DNA from: an uncultured delta proteobacterium
Lineage (GTDB): Bacteria; Myxococcota_A; Polyangia; Polyangiales; Polyangiaceae
Reading direction: 5' to 3'
Assembly: GCA_963782055.1 (NCBI GenBank)
Contig: CAWAIF010000003.1
Location: 5,184,001 to 5,248,000 of the forward strand
Length of the DNA stretch: 64,000 bases
Within the stretch, counting starts at the first letter, position 1. Every line of letters starts with the position of its first letter. Position numbers and translations under genes: made by a program. The notes under the pieces are model-generated. The model ran no database searches, was not told where the DNA came from, and saw only the letters and a list, made by a program, of their open reading frames with translations. Below, piece by piece: positions 20,143 through 29,259 of the stretch.

Positions 20143-20190
20143 CTTATGCGAAATGGCCGTCCGGTCTCACTGGAAGGACGGACCAGGGTG
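20143..20190 (+). repeat. 99-bp unit right half (copy 4)
   Basis: CTTATGCGAAATGGCCGTCCGGTCTCACTGGAAGGACGGACCAGGGTG. Confidence 0.92.
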
Positions 20191-20251
20191 AGCGGTGAGA
20201 GAGGGGCGGTGAGGCGCCGGGCCCGTCACTTCGGGACGCCACCTCATCGCT

Positions 20252-20944
20252 TCACGGTTCGAGCGACGCCAGGTAGACGCTGCTCGGAAAGCGCGTCTCC
20301 AGGGTGCGCAGACCACGCTCGGCGCCGGCGCGATCCCCGGTCAGCCGCAGCGCACGAACTCGCAGCGCGAGCGCCTCTTCCTCGAAGGTTCCCCGTGGGT
20401 GCGACGCCGCGTAGGCATCGAGGGCGTCGAGCGCCCCCTTTCCGTCGCCAGCCACGACGAGCGAGCGCACGTGTCGGATCTCGTTGAGCTCGCCGACGAT
20501 CGAGGGCGTCGCACTCGCCGCGACGGTGGGGCGTGGAGCGGCCGTCGACCGAGCGGCGGTGGTCGACGCGGGCGGGGGCGGGATGATCTCGACGGCTCGC
20601 GCGACCACGCGAGCTCGCTGCGGCGCGACAACCTGCACCGGGTCCGCGCTCCCGGCGGTCGCGCTCGACGGTTGCCCGCCGTCGACGGCGCGCTCGTGCA
20701 TCCCGCGGATGACGTACGCGCCGCCGCTTGCTGCCGCCACCGCCACGATCGCGACGCCGAGCTTCGAGAACGCCGCGTGCCGGATCGCCACGGCGAGCCT
20801 GCCGACCGATGGCCCTGCCGTCACGACGCCGAGCGATACCATCAACCCCGGAACGAGCGACGCGGGTGCGGCGTCGCGCTCTGCTCCCCGGAGCAGCGAC
20901 CGCGCAGCGGGCGATCCGGCGGTGGCGAGTCGTTTCGGATCCAT
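20252..20944 (-). CDS. Putative anti-sigma factor (TM plus C-terminal TPR-like helices)
   Basis: Coupled to ECF sigma gene; MDPKRLA..; GALDALDAYAASHPRGTFEEEALALRVRAL. Confidence 0.7.
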   Translation of the reverse strand: MDPKRLATAGSPAARSLLRGAERDAAPASLVPGLMVSLGVVTAGPSVGRLAVAIRHAAFSKLGVAIVAVAAASGGAYVIRGMHERAVDGGQPSSATAGSADPVQVVAPQRARVVARAVEIIPPPPASTTAARSTAAPRPTVAASATPSIVGELNEIRHVRSLVVAGDGKGALDALDAYAASHPRGTFEEEALALRVRALRLTGDRAGAERGLRTLETRFPSSVYLASLEP

Positions 20945-21486
20945 CACGCTCCTCCCTGGCGCAGCGCGGCGCAAAGCTCCTCGAAGCGGGCGCGGGCTCG
21001 CCGCAAGCGCGACGCGACCGTGCCGGGGGCGAGCTCCAGCGTCTCGGCGATCTGCGCCATGGTCTGCTCCTCGATCTCGTAGAGCACGAACACCGCGCGG
21101 AGCGACCCGTCCATCGCATCGAGCAATCGATCGAGCTGATCGACGGCCTCGCGGCGGGCGTACGCCTCGTCGGGCGGCGCGCCATCGACCAGCCGCTCCG
21201 GCACGGAGCCGGGGCTCTCGTGTCGCCGTCGGATGGCCCGGCGCGTCTCCGACGCGACGAGCGTGGCTGTCCGGAGCAAGAAGGGAAGCTCGCCTCCCTC
21301 GTCGACCGACGACAGGCGCCTCGACAGGATCACGAAGACACGCTGCACGGCGTCCTCCGCCTCCGACGCGGGGACGCCGTTGCGGCGGAGCACGCGCCAC
21401 ACGGCGGGCGAGTGAGCTTCGATGCACGCGCGCAGCCGTCCGTTGTCGGCTGCAGCGAGCGGCATCTCGGGCGCGATCGCAGCCAC
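20944..21486 (-). CDS. ECF (sigma-70 group 4) sigma factor
   Basis: VWRVLRRNGV..AEDAVQRVF; RAVFVLYEIEEQTMAQIAETLELAPGTVASRLRRAR. Confidence 0.9.
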   Translation of the reverse strand: MAAIAPEMPLAAADNGRLRACIEAHSPAVWRVLRRNGVPASEAEDAVQRVFVILSRRLSSVDEGGELPFLLRTATLVASETRRAIRRRHESPGSVPERLVDGAPPDEAYARREAVDQLDRLLDAMDGSLRAVFVLYEIEEQTMAQIAETLELAPGTVASRLRRARARFEELCAALRQGGA

Positions 21487-21491
21487 CGCGC

Positions 21492-22277
21492 TCAGAACGT
21501 CACCGTGACGGTGGCGCCGGTGGAGCCGATGGGTCCCGCCTCGACGGAGACGTGCTTGCGCCGGAGCCCCAGCACCGACACGACCAGACCGCCCACGGCG
21601 AGCCCTGCGCCGGCGCCGATGATGGCGATCCCGGTGCCGTCGGCGCTCTGACCCCGGCAGCTCGGGGCAGCCGGACAGGCCGCGGTGGCGGCGTCCGCGG
21701 TGACGATGTGCAGCACGCCGAAGGGAATGGCGGCGATCCCGACGGTCGCGATCGCGATGCCCACGCCGAGGAGCGTCGGGCTCGCCATCCGGGTCTCGTC
21801 GCGGCGCGTCGCAGTCGTCGGAGCGGAAGGTACCTGCACCACCGAGGGCACGACGGCCACCGCGACGGGCGTTCGCGGCGCGGGCGGTGGTGGCGCGGGC
21901 GGTGGTGGCGCGGGCGGTGGTGGTGCGGCGCGGAGCGGCGGCTGCGCCATCGCGATGATGGTGGCGAGGGCGGCGGTGACCTCGTCGCAGCTCGAGGCAC
22001 GAAGCTCGCGCGTTCCACCCTCAATCTCGAGCGTCCCGATGTAATCGCGCTCGTGTCGAATGGTGACCGCGAAGCGCCACGGCCGGTCCGGATTGCGCTC
22101 GCGCGCGACCTGCGTCGCGACGAGCTGCTGAAAGGCGTCGGCGGTCGCGCACTCTGCCGGCGCCGCGTAGCTCACGATGACGGGGAGCTCGTCCGTCTGC
22201 GCGCGCGCGCGGCCGGCGACGGTGAGGGTCGCGCCGCACACCAAGAGAGCCAGCGTCGAGCTCCATCTCCTTGCCAT
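21492..22277 (-). CDS. Hypothetical secreted/membrane protein with Pro-rich linker
   Basis: Signal peptide, (APPPP)n linker, C-terminal TM segments; in operon with the ECF sigma. Confidence 0.7.
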   Translation of the reverse strand: MARRWSSTLALLVCGATLTVAGRARAQTDELPVIVSYAAPAECATADAFQQLVATQVARERNPDRPWRFAVTIRHERDYIGTLEIEGGTRELRASSCDEVTAALATIIAMAQPPLRAAPPPPAPPPPAPPPPAPRTPVAVAVVPSVVQVPSAPTTATRRDETRMASPTLLGVGIAIATVGIAAIPFGVLHIVTADAATAACPAAPSCRGQSADGTGIAIIGAGAGLAVGGLVVSVLGLRRKHVSVEAGPIGSTGATVTVTF

Positions 22278-22292
22278 GGTCTAAACGGTTAT

Positions 22293-22319
22293 ATGGCCAC
22301 CTCCGGGTGGTTTGATCAC
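22293..22319 (-). promoter_or_regulatory. Putative ECF-type promoter motif GTGATCA-N14-GGCCAT
   Basis: Same motif and spacing at 22817-22843; both just upstream of minus-strand start codons. Confidence 0.45.
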
Positions 22320-22379
22320 CGAAGCCGCAGAAAACAGCTCGGGATGCTCGACGGCGTCGCCTTCCGCAGGGTTGCAAGC

Positions 22380-22808
22380 CTACGGGGTGGCCACCGAGAA
22401 GCCGTCCACCCCGTTGCCGGTCACGTCTCCGGCGCGCACGTCACCCTGCGCGTAGTAGAGAGGGTGGTCATCGTAGGTGGCCTGGAGGCTGCCGTCGGGC
22501 CGCGCGAGGATGCCGAACGTCCCGTTCACGCCAGGCGCGCCGACGGCCTGCTGGCCTTTGGGCACGGTCAGCGGCGGCCACGTCGTCGCGCACGAGCCGG
22601 TGCACGTGGAGAGCGTCGCGCTGTCGCCGGCTCTCGTGTAGAGCGACATCCCGTTCGTCCCCACGAGGATCGTGCCGAGCGGCGTCTTCGTCGTGCCGAT
22701 CGGGACGGGCGCGCCGGAATCCGAGCTCGGGTTGGGGATGCCGGCGTCCACCCCGCACGCCGCCGCAGACAGGACCAGCAGTACACCCAGGGATTGCAGA
22801 AAGCGCAT
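22380..22808 (-). CDS. Secreted-repeat lipoprotein (COG4315/Lipoprotein_15-like)
   Basis: Lipobox AAAC; GMSLY..D..CTGSCATTWPP..RPDGSLQATYDDHPLYY..GDVTGNGV. Confidence 0.85.
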   Translation of the reverse strand: MRFLQSLGVLLVLSAAACGVDAGIPNPSSDSGAPVPIGTTKTPLGTILVGTNGMSLYTRAGDSATLSTCTGSCATTWPPLTVPKGQQAVGAPGVNGTFGILARPDGSLQATYDDHPLYYAQGDVRAGDVTGNGVDGFSVATP

Positions 22809-22816
22809 ACCTTGAA

Positions 22817-22843
22817 ATGGCCACCGGCGCGGTGATTGATCAC
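22817..22843 (-). promoter_or_regulatory. Putative ECF-type promoter motif, second copy
   Basis: ATGGCCACC..GGTG.TTGATCAC on the + strand, matching 22293-22319. Confidence 0.45.
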
Positions 22844-22936
22844 GCGGGCCCCCTGTGTCAGAGGAGTTGTCCGGTCCGCAGGCCTCGCGATGAGGCGGCG
22901 GAGGGCATCAACGCTGGGGGCGGCTGAGGTTGGATC

Positions 22937-23449
22937 GTGACGGAGTACAGCGCGGCCTTCAAGGCCAACATGGTGAAGAAGCTGATTGTGCCCGGGGGCC
23001 CGACGGCGTCGGTGCTCTCGATTCGATCGGGAGTCTCGCAACCAACATTGTCCCGGTGGCTTCGGGATGCGAAAGAGGAGGGCATGTCCCACCGCAATCC
23101 CTCCGCGAGAGTCCCCCGTCGTCCCAGTGAATGGAAGCCCGAGGAGAAGCTCCGAGTCCTCGCGCAGGCTGACGGCCTCGCGGGTGACGCGCTCGGGGAG
23201 CTTCTGCGTCGGGAGGGACTTCACGAGGCCGACCTCGCCGGGTGGCGGCGTGCGGCACTCGGGGCTCTGGGGCCGAGCTCGAAGACGACGAGCTCCGCGG
23301 AGGCGAAGCGGGTGCGGGAGCTCGAGCGGGAGCTTTTGCGCAAGGACAAGGCGCTGGCGGAGACCGCCGCGCTGCTCGTTCTGAAAAAAAAAGTCCAGGA
23401 GTACTGGGGGGACGAGGACGACAGCACGAAGAAGGAGACCGACAAGTGA
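22937..23449 (+). CDS. IS3 transposase OrfA
   Basis: HTH (GVSQPTLSRW); RELERELLRKDKALAETAALLVLKKK. Confidence 0.88.
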   Translation: MTEYSAAFKANMVKKLIVPGGPTASVLSIRSGVSQPTLSRWLRDAKEEGMSHRNPSARVPRRPSEWKPEEKLRVLAQADGLAGDALGELLRREGLHEADLAGWRRAALGALGPSSKTTSSAEAKRVRELERELLRKDKALAETAALLVLKKKVQEYWGDEDDSTKKETDK

Positions 23450-24462
23450 TCGTGGACCTGGTGGAGGAGGCCGTCAGGGCGGGGGCGCGACGCGACAGGG
23501 CCTGCGCGATCATCGGCCTGTGCCCACGCACCCTCGCCCGGTGGCGCGCCGACGGCGGCGGCAAGGACAGGCGCGGACAGAGCGCCGTGTCCCCCGTGCA
23601 CAAGCTCACCGAGGCGGAGAGGGCCCAGATCGTCGCGCACGCCACGTCGCCCGAGTACCGCGACCTGTCGCCGCGCCAGATCGTGCCCCTGCTCGCGGAC
23701 AAGGGGGTCTACGTCGCGTCCGAGTCGAGCTTCTACCGCGTGCTGCATGAGCACGGCCTGATGAGCCACCGGGAGCCGTCTCGCCCACGTACGCACCGGC
23801 GTCCGCCGGAGCACGTGGCCATCGCGCCGAACACGGTCTGGGCGTGGGACATTACGTACCTGCGGAGCCCGGTGCGGGGGATCTTCTTCTACCTGTACCT
23901 CGTCCTGGACATCTTCAGCCGCAAGGTCGTCGCCTACGAGGTCCACGAAGTCGAGTCGGCGGACCTCGCCTCGAGCTTGGTGGAGTGGGCCTGCGAGCGC
24001 GAGGGAGTGGCGCGGGACGCGCTCGTGCTGCACGCCGACAACGGGGCCCCGATGAAGGGCTCGACCATGCTCACGACGCTGCAGCGCCTCGGCGTCGTCG
24101 CCTCCTTCAGCCGTCCGAGCGTGAGCGACGACAACCCTTTCGCCGAGGCCATCTTCCGGACGCTGAAGTACCGCCCGGGCTACCCCAAGAAGCCCTTCGC
24201 CAATCTCGCCGAGGCCACGGCCTGGGTCGACGGCTTCGTCGCCTGGTACAACGGCGAGCACCTCCACAGTGGCATCCGCTTCGTCCGCCCCATCGACCGC
24301 CACGAAGGCCGCGACAAGGCCATCCTCGCCGCCAGGCACCGGCTCTACACCAGGGCCAAGGCCCGCACCCCGCGCCGGTGGACCCGAGGCACCCGCAACT
24401 GGACACCAGTCGGCGCCGTCCGACTGAACCCGGAGAAGTCGGACGCGTGCATCATGCACTGA
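23384..24462 (+). CDS. IS3 transposase OrfB (DDE), probably via -1 frameshift
   Basis: WAWDITY, LHADNG, DDNPFAEAIFRTLKY, WYNGEHLHSGI. Confidence 0.9.
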
Positions 24463-24496
24463 CCGTTCCATTGGACAACTCCCTTGACACTCACCG

Positions 24497-24583
24497 CCGG
24501 TGGCCCCTTCATGCTGCGAAAGGGGTGGCCCCATCATCCTGCGAAAACTGCCTCGGAGTGCCCCATGAGGCTGCGAACTGGCA
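24497..24583. mobile_element. Orphan IS end with tandem sub-terminal repeats (IS21-like)
   Basis: GGTGGCCCC.TCAT.CTGCGAAA twice plus a degenerate third copy, ending ..CTGGCA; truncates the adjacent gene. Confidence 0.4.
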
Positions 24584-24798
24584 GCCAGCACCTCCCGCAG
24601 TGATCCCAGCGCGGTGTGATAGCGAGCCTGCTTGTTCTTCCCCCGCCCATAAGCGCCTTCCGCGACGTTGAGCGGCACGCTCGTCAACGCCCGCCGACAC
24701 TGCCGGGCAAGATCGGAGTCATGCCGCTCCAGCACCCGCACCAGCGGCCCAACCTCCCGCACCAGCTCCAGCACCACCGCATAGATTCGAAGGTTCAT
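24584..24798 (-). pseudogene. Four-helix-bundle (23S IVS-like) protein, 3'-truncated
   Basis: AAGGAG RBS; MNLRIY..DLARQCRRALTSVPLNVAEGAYG..ALGSLREVLA, then similarity stops. Confidence 0.7.
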
Positions 24799-24980
24799 CG
24801 ACAGCTCCTTGCCCGCGCCCCGCGCACCTCGCACGGGGGCAGCCGCCCCAACCCGCCGCGCGCAGGAGCTGTCGAGGCTGCGAGCGCAGCGAGCACCGCC
24901 CGGAGCCACGCGCAGGGCGCGAAGCGCCCGAGCATGGCGAGGACGGCCCGGCCTCGACAGCTCCGAGCACGGCGGGACAA

Positions 24981-25101
24981 TCCCCTCCCCCGAGCGAGCC
25001 CCCTCCCCCTTTCCCCTCCCCCTTTCCCCTCCCCCTTTCCCCTCCCCCTTTCCCCTCCCCCTTTCCCATTCCCCTTCCCCGTTCCCCTTTCCCATCTCCC
25101 C
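24981..25101 (+). repeat. Low-complexity C-rich polypyrimidine tract
   Basis: Repeated CCCCT/CCCCCTTT units. Confidence 0.8.
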
Positions 25102-25106
25102 TACCC

Positions 25107-25240
25107 ATGGAGCGCCGGGACGCGCTGGTGATCGTAGAGCATCACCCGGATGTGCTCGCGTCGGCGGACTGCCTGGGTTGTGGAGCCGGGCCCGGAGGGC
25201 GGCGCAGGAGGCGGGCGTGTGGTGCACGAGGGGAGCCGAG
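25107..25240 (+). pseudogene. UvrA-like C-terminal remnant
   Basis: LVIVEHHPDVLASAD then, in another frame, WVVEPGPEGGAGGGRVVHEG. Confidence 0.55.
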
Positions 25241-25401
25241 GGCGATCGGGAAGGCGAAGACGGCGACCGGCAGGTGCTTCCTGGGGGCGGCGCGAGCCTG
25301 ACCCTGCACTTCCGCCCTCGTGCTCCACGGCTCGAGCGCAGCCCCATGGTGGCGGACCACCGGCATTGCTCAACGTCGGGTTTCGGACCGTGCGCCAGCG
25401 T

Positions 25402-25776
25402 TCAGGGTCCCGTCCAGTTGTGGCAGGAGGCGTTCACGCCGAGGTGAATGCACACGCCGTTGCCCGCGTCGTCCGTGCAGCAGGTGTGGAGCAGATCGCA
25501 CTCCGCCGCGTCACCGCAGTAGCAACTCACTCCGTCGAAGTACCCGTCGCAGCAGTACCCCTTCTGGCAGTCCCCTCCGTACACGCAGTCCTCGACGCTC
25601 TGGCAGCGGAGCCGGCCGGCGTCGTGACCAGCATCCGGCCCGTGCTCTTGGCCGGCGTCCGCCGCGCCGTCCATCCCGGCGTCGAGCGCGCCGCCCGGCT
25701 CGGTCCTGGTCCCGCAGTAGAGGAGCCCCACGCCGCACAGCGAGGTCAGGGCGACGGACGCGAACCAGCGTCTCAT
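25402..25776 (-). CDS. Small Cys-rich secreted protein
   Basis: MRRWFASVALTSLCG.. signal, DAG linker, Cys-rich C-terminus. Confidence 0.6.
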   Translation of the reverse strand: MRRWFASVALTSLCGVGLLYCGTRTEPGGALDAGMDGAADAGQEHGPDAGHDAGRLRCQSVEDCVYGGDCQKGYCCDGYFDGVSCYCGDAAECDLLHTCCTDDAGNGVCIHLGVNASCHNWTGP

Positions 25777-26192
25777 CACCCGGCGTCCCCTCCGCACAGA
25801 TCCGGATCGGCGAGGCACTCCGGGACGTAGTCGCCGTTGCGCGCGCAGCAACGCATCGGCGGGATGCAGTAGACGTCGCCGCAGACGCACCGGCCGTGAA
25901 GCTCGACGGCCGCGCAGCACCAGCCGGTCATGGTGTCGCACCACGCGTAGTCGTTCTTCCCGCAGTTCGGGCCGAGAGGGGCGCAGAGCTTGCCGCCCGG
26001 GGGTGGATACTCGCCCGGACGCGGCGGCGCCTCCGGCCGGTAGCTGGCATCCGGAAAGTTCGTGTACCACGGCGCGTCCGCGCCGGCGTCTTCCGCCGAG
26101 GCGCTTGCGTCGAGTGTTGCACCGGTCGGCGCCACTTCCCCGCCGCAGCCCGCTGCCAGAACCAGCAGCAGCACGCTGCCCAGCCTCACCAT
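25776..26192 (-). CDS. Small Cys-rich lipoprotein
   Basis: MVRLGSVLLLVLAAGC lipobox; Cys-rich; coupled to both neighbours. Confidence 0.65.
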   Translation of the reverse strand: MVRLGSVLLLVLAAGCGGEVAPTGATLDASASAEDAGADAPWYTNFPDASYRPEAPPRPGEYPPPGGKLCAPLGPNCGKNDYAWCDTMTGWCCAAVELHGRCVCGDVYCIPPMRCCARNGDYVPECLADPDLCGGDAG

Positions 26193-27907
26193 ACGACGCT
26201 CTCCAGATGCTGGTCGAACACCACGGGCACGTTGGCGGTCGTGCAGCCGAGGCGCGAATCCGTGTGCGTCGTGACGATCCACGGGTACGGGACGTTGTTC
26301 AGGACGTTCTGCGAACCGCCGGGGAAGCCGAGCGTCCCGTGAAAGACGCGCCCGGGGATGACCACCGAGCCGAAGTAGTCTCCCCAGTAACCATTCGCCG
26401 TCGTGCACGGCAAGTACGGGTCGGTCTCGAGGATGTCGAAAGGCCCCACGGGGCCGGAGGCGAGGCCGTCGTTGGAGAAGATCCCGTAGACGGCCAGGCG
26501 ACGATCGTCTGCCTGCGGTACTGTCCCGCTGAAGCCGTCACTCTGCTGCCCGTACCACGTCAGCACCACGCCCTCGCTGCTGCGGGACGCGGAGACGCTG
26601 GGCTGAAGCTGGTCGCCCGAGGGCACAAGGTTGTTCTGCTCGCTCACGAAGGGCGAGTAGAAGTCCCAGTGCCGCCACCCGAATGTCGTCCCGTCGGAGC
26701 CGACGCCGCAGATGCCCCCGTTGCCGAAGTGCGGGCAGTCATCGAGCTGCGCCGAACTCACCATCGTGTCGTCGTCGGGCCGATTGCGAAGCCCGGTGTA
26801 CGCGATGTAGAGGTGGTCCCCGTTCGTTCCCACGGCGAAGCTCATCGGGATCCCGTCGCGCCACGTTCCGTTCCCACCGTTCGGATTTGCCCGGTGCAAA
26901 GGGTGGATCTGAACGTTGTCCCGTTCGTAGACGAGGACCGAGCTCCACGGCGTGAAGCCGCCGGGATCGGCGAGGTTGATGCTGCGCGTGAGGCGAAGGA
27001 TCTTCAGATCGACGAGGTCGTCGCCGGAATTCATGATCGGCTTCAACACCATGTACGCGAGGAAGCCGGTGGTCGGCGAGGTGAGCCGGATGACGGGGTT
27101 CTGGAGCGAGCACCCCGCGCAGAGGCTCTCGTGGACGACCTCCTCCGAGAACCAGCCCGGCGGGAACGGCGCGATGAACGTGGACGCGACGAGCCGGATG
27201 CGGCTGAAGTTCTGATCCGCGACATTCGTCGCTGCGGTGTCTTGCACGAACGCCGCCACGGCCGTCTCCCCGATGGCGGAGATGGAGGGCTTGTCCATGG
27301 TGTCGGTGAGCGGCACCTTGTAGGCGACCGTGAAGGGCGTCCAGTCGATACCGTCCGCCGAGGTGGCCACGGCGAGCGCCAGCTCGGAGTATCTGAAGTC
27401 CTGGAAGCCAACGTGCTCTACCTTCTTCGTCCAGCCGATCATCGAGTAGAACGCGGTGGTCCCGTCGAAGGCGAGCCACGGATCGCTGTCGAGCCCCACG
27501 ATGCAGTTGCCGGACGACGCGCCGCAGCCCGTGTCCGGCGGCAGCGGACCGCGGCGAAGCCAGTGCAGACCCCCATCCGTCGAGTACGAGAGGCCCGCGG
27601 CGGTGGCGTTGTCCCGCAGGACCGTCGTGCTCCCGGACAAGAAGAAGGCGGAGAGGTCGTTGTACGCGGCGAGCGTCACGCCCTCGGGGAAGCGGACGGT
27701 GCCTGGTAAGAAGAGCATGCTGGGCTCGGAGGCCGGGTAGCCCTGCACCGTGCCCTGCGGGTCCGACGCGTTACTCTCCACCGCGCTGTTGGTGCAGGCG
27801 GAGGCCGTCGCCATGGCGACGATCGTCAGCGCTCCCAGACCTAGCGGAAGCTTCCCCCCCCCCCCCCAACTTCCCCACGTGACGAGCTGCACGACCCATC
27901 GGCTCAC
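26186..27907 (-). CDS. Secreted/lipoprotein with BNR/Asp-box (sialidase-like) repeats; start uncertain
   Basis: YSTDGGLHW, TSADGIDW, DKPSI, YWGDYFG; G14 tract in the 5' coding region. Confidence 0.7.
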   Translation of the reverse strand: MSRWVVQLVTWGSWGGGGKLPLGLGALTIVAMATASACTNSAVESNASDPQGTVQGYPASEPSMLFLPGTVRFPEGVTLAAYNDLSAFFLSGSTTVLRDNATAAGLSYSTDGGLHWLRRGPLPPDTGCGASSGNCIVGLDSDPWLAFDGTTAFYSMIGWTKKVEHVGFQDFRYSELALAVATSADGIDWTPFTVAYKVPLTDTMDKPSISAIGETAVAAFVQDTAATNVADQNFSRIRLVASTFIAPFPPGWFSEEVVHESLCAGCSLQNPVIRLTSPTTGFLAYMVLKPIMNSGDDLVDLKILRLTRSINLADPGGFTPWSSVLVYERDNVQIHPLHRANPNGGNGTWRDGIPMSFAVGTNGDHLYIAYTGLRNRPDDDTMVSSAQLDDCPHFGNGGICGVGSDGTTFGWRHWDFYSPFVSEQNNLVPSGDQLQPSVSASRSSEGVVLTWYGQQSDGFSGTVPQADDRRLAVYGIFSNDGLASGPVGPFDILETDPYLPCTTANGYWGDYFGSVVIPGRVFHGTLGFPGGSQNVLNNVPYPWIVTTHTDSRLGCTTANVPVVFDQHLESVVW

Positions 27908-27937
27908 CCCCCCGCTGCCCGTGATGCTACCGCGTCC

Positions 27938-28306
27938 ATGCCCAAGGTCAACGCGTACGGCGAAGTCGCGAGCACTCACAAGTGCGCACATCGCGGTCCA
28001 CGTGTCGTTCCACGCCCGTCCCGCTTCGTACCCTTTGCGGCGATCGCGTCGGTGGCCGTCGACCCGTACGACGTCGTGGTCCAGCTCCACGACGGGAGCA
28101 CGATCGCGTGGCACCGGACGCGAGGGCAGCTCAAGGGCCTTCGCGAGCACTTCCGCGGCTTCGGCGCGCGGATCGAGCGAGGGCTCGCCGCGCACCGCGT
28201 CCAGGCCGCGGCGCAGGGCGTCGTCCAGCTTGCACGCGGCGCGCGCTGGGTGGAGGTGTGGGTGCGCGATCACCGCGTCGCCGGCGATCCCGGCCGCAGC
28301 ACCTAA
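27938..28306 (+). CDS. Hypothetical protein
   Basis: 122-aa ORF with plausible composition; no motif recognised. Confidence 0.4.
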   Translation: MPKVNAYGEVASTHKCAHRGPRVVPRPSRFVPFAAIASVAVDPYDVVVQLHDGSTIAWHRTRGQLKGLREHFRGFGARIERGLAAHRVQAAAQGVVQLARGARWVEVWVRDHRVAGDPGRST

Positions 28307-28565
28307 CCGGATCGCCGCGGTGCCGCCCGACGAGATCTGGAAGACCCTGGAGAGCGCGACCGGCGGCACCCACCGCGCGCGCCGGCGCGGCCGTCGCCCT
28401 GCAGCGCGGCCTCGACGGTCCAGGCCGGAAGCGCGTCCGCCACATTGCCGCGACCTGCGCGTCCGACGACCTGCGCCGCGTACTCATGGCGGCGGCGAGC
28501 GACGATCCCGAGCTCGAACGCCGCCTCCAGGCGCTCCACGACAGCGCCCGCTGAGTGGCGTCCCC

Positions 28566-28650
28566 TCAGTGCGCGCCGACCAGCCGCACCAGCGTGCCCA
28601 TCACGTGCCGGAACCGCCCGCGCAGCACCTCGTCCAGCTCCGGCATGTAG
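28566..28650 (-). pseudogene. Orphan 3' gene tail (four-helix-bundle-like), cut at the repeat
   Basis: YMPELDEVLRGRFRHVMGTLVRLVGAH* begins at the repeat boundary. Confidence 0.4.
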
Positions 28651-28701
28651 CGCATAGGAACTGCTAGCGCGGTCGGGCGCGAAAGTTTACGAAATCCATC
28701 T
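28651..28701 (+). repeat. 99-bp unit left half (copy 5)
   Basis: CGCATAGGAACTGCTAGCGCGG..GAAATCCATCT followed directly by the intron. Confidence 0.92.
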
Positions 28702-28789
28702 ATCGGCATAGGGGCCCCGGGTTTCCCCGGGGACCCCTGCCACACCACCGGACAGGCGGGTCCGCATCCGGCGGTTCGGAGAGTTGAGG

Positions 28790-29249
28790 TCACGTGTCGA
28801 GCCGGGGAAGCCCCAGCTCGTCGAAGAGCTTGTTCGGCAGAGCCACGCTGAGGACGCGCATTCCCGAGGTTCGCCACCAGCGCGTCGTATTTGCTGCCGC
28901 GCGGCGAGCGTCGACGGGAGGGATCCCCCGTCGGCGCAGTTCTCGGAAGACGGTGACTCCTCGCACCCACTGCTTCAACTGCAGTGCGCGGAGTCGGTGC
29001 CGGATCCAAGAGTCCAGCTCGCGAAAGAGCGTGCGGAGCTCGACAAGCTGGAAGTAGTTCTTCCAGCCTGGCAAGTACCCTCGCAGATCTCGGCAGACCT
29101 GGGCCAGGCTCCGACCGCGCATGCGGCTCGTCATGTGCCGCACGCGGTCCTTCATCGTGTCGAGGGCCTTGCGCGCGATCGTGCAGCGGACCTCGTTCTT
29201 CGACGACAACCAAAAGGTGTAGCCGAGGAACTTCCGGTCTTGCACGGGT
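28790..29249 (-). pseudogene. ltrA: Intron RT/maturase, C-terminal part (RT7 and domain X)
   Basis: PVQDRKFLGYTF..GWKNYF..LDSWIRHRLR; in frame with the N-part after IS removal; no En domain. Confidence 0.9.
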
Positions 29250-29259
29250 GCCACCGCGC

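Larger units (their letters stand above)
17827..20143 (+). mobile_element. Tyrosine recombinase + IS91-family transposase module, copy 1
   Basis: Four near-identical copies, each flanked by CCATC-TT..|..CTTA-CTT-ATGCG; empty site seen at 43862 and 60569. Confidence 0.93.
22854..24491 (+). mobile_element. IS3-family insertion sequence (ends approximate)
   Basis: Imperfect IR GTGTCAGAGGAGTTGTCC / GGACAACTCCCTTGACAC; orfA/orfB with A9 slippery tract near 23384; no TSD found. Confidence 0.85.

Noticed and set aside
22813..24511. Alternative IS3 ends TGAAATGGCCACCGGC / GCCGGTGGCCCCTTCA
   Set aside because: The left sequence is better explained by the motif repeated at 22293, and the right by the tandem repeat at 24497-24550. 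No TSD supports it. Not fully excluded.
24584..28650. Four-helix-bundle N-part (24584-24798) and tail (28566-28650) as one split gene
   Set aside because: On the minus strand the tail lies upstream of the N-part and an intervening stretch is missing; more likely two separate fragments.
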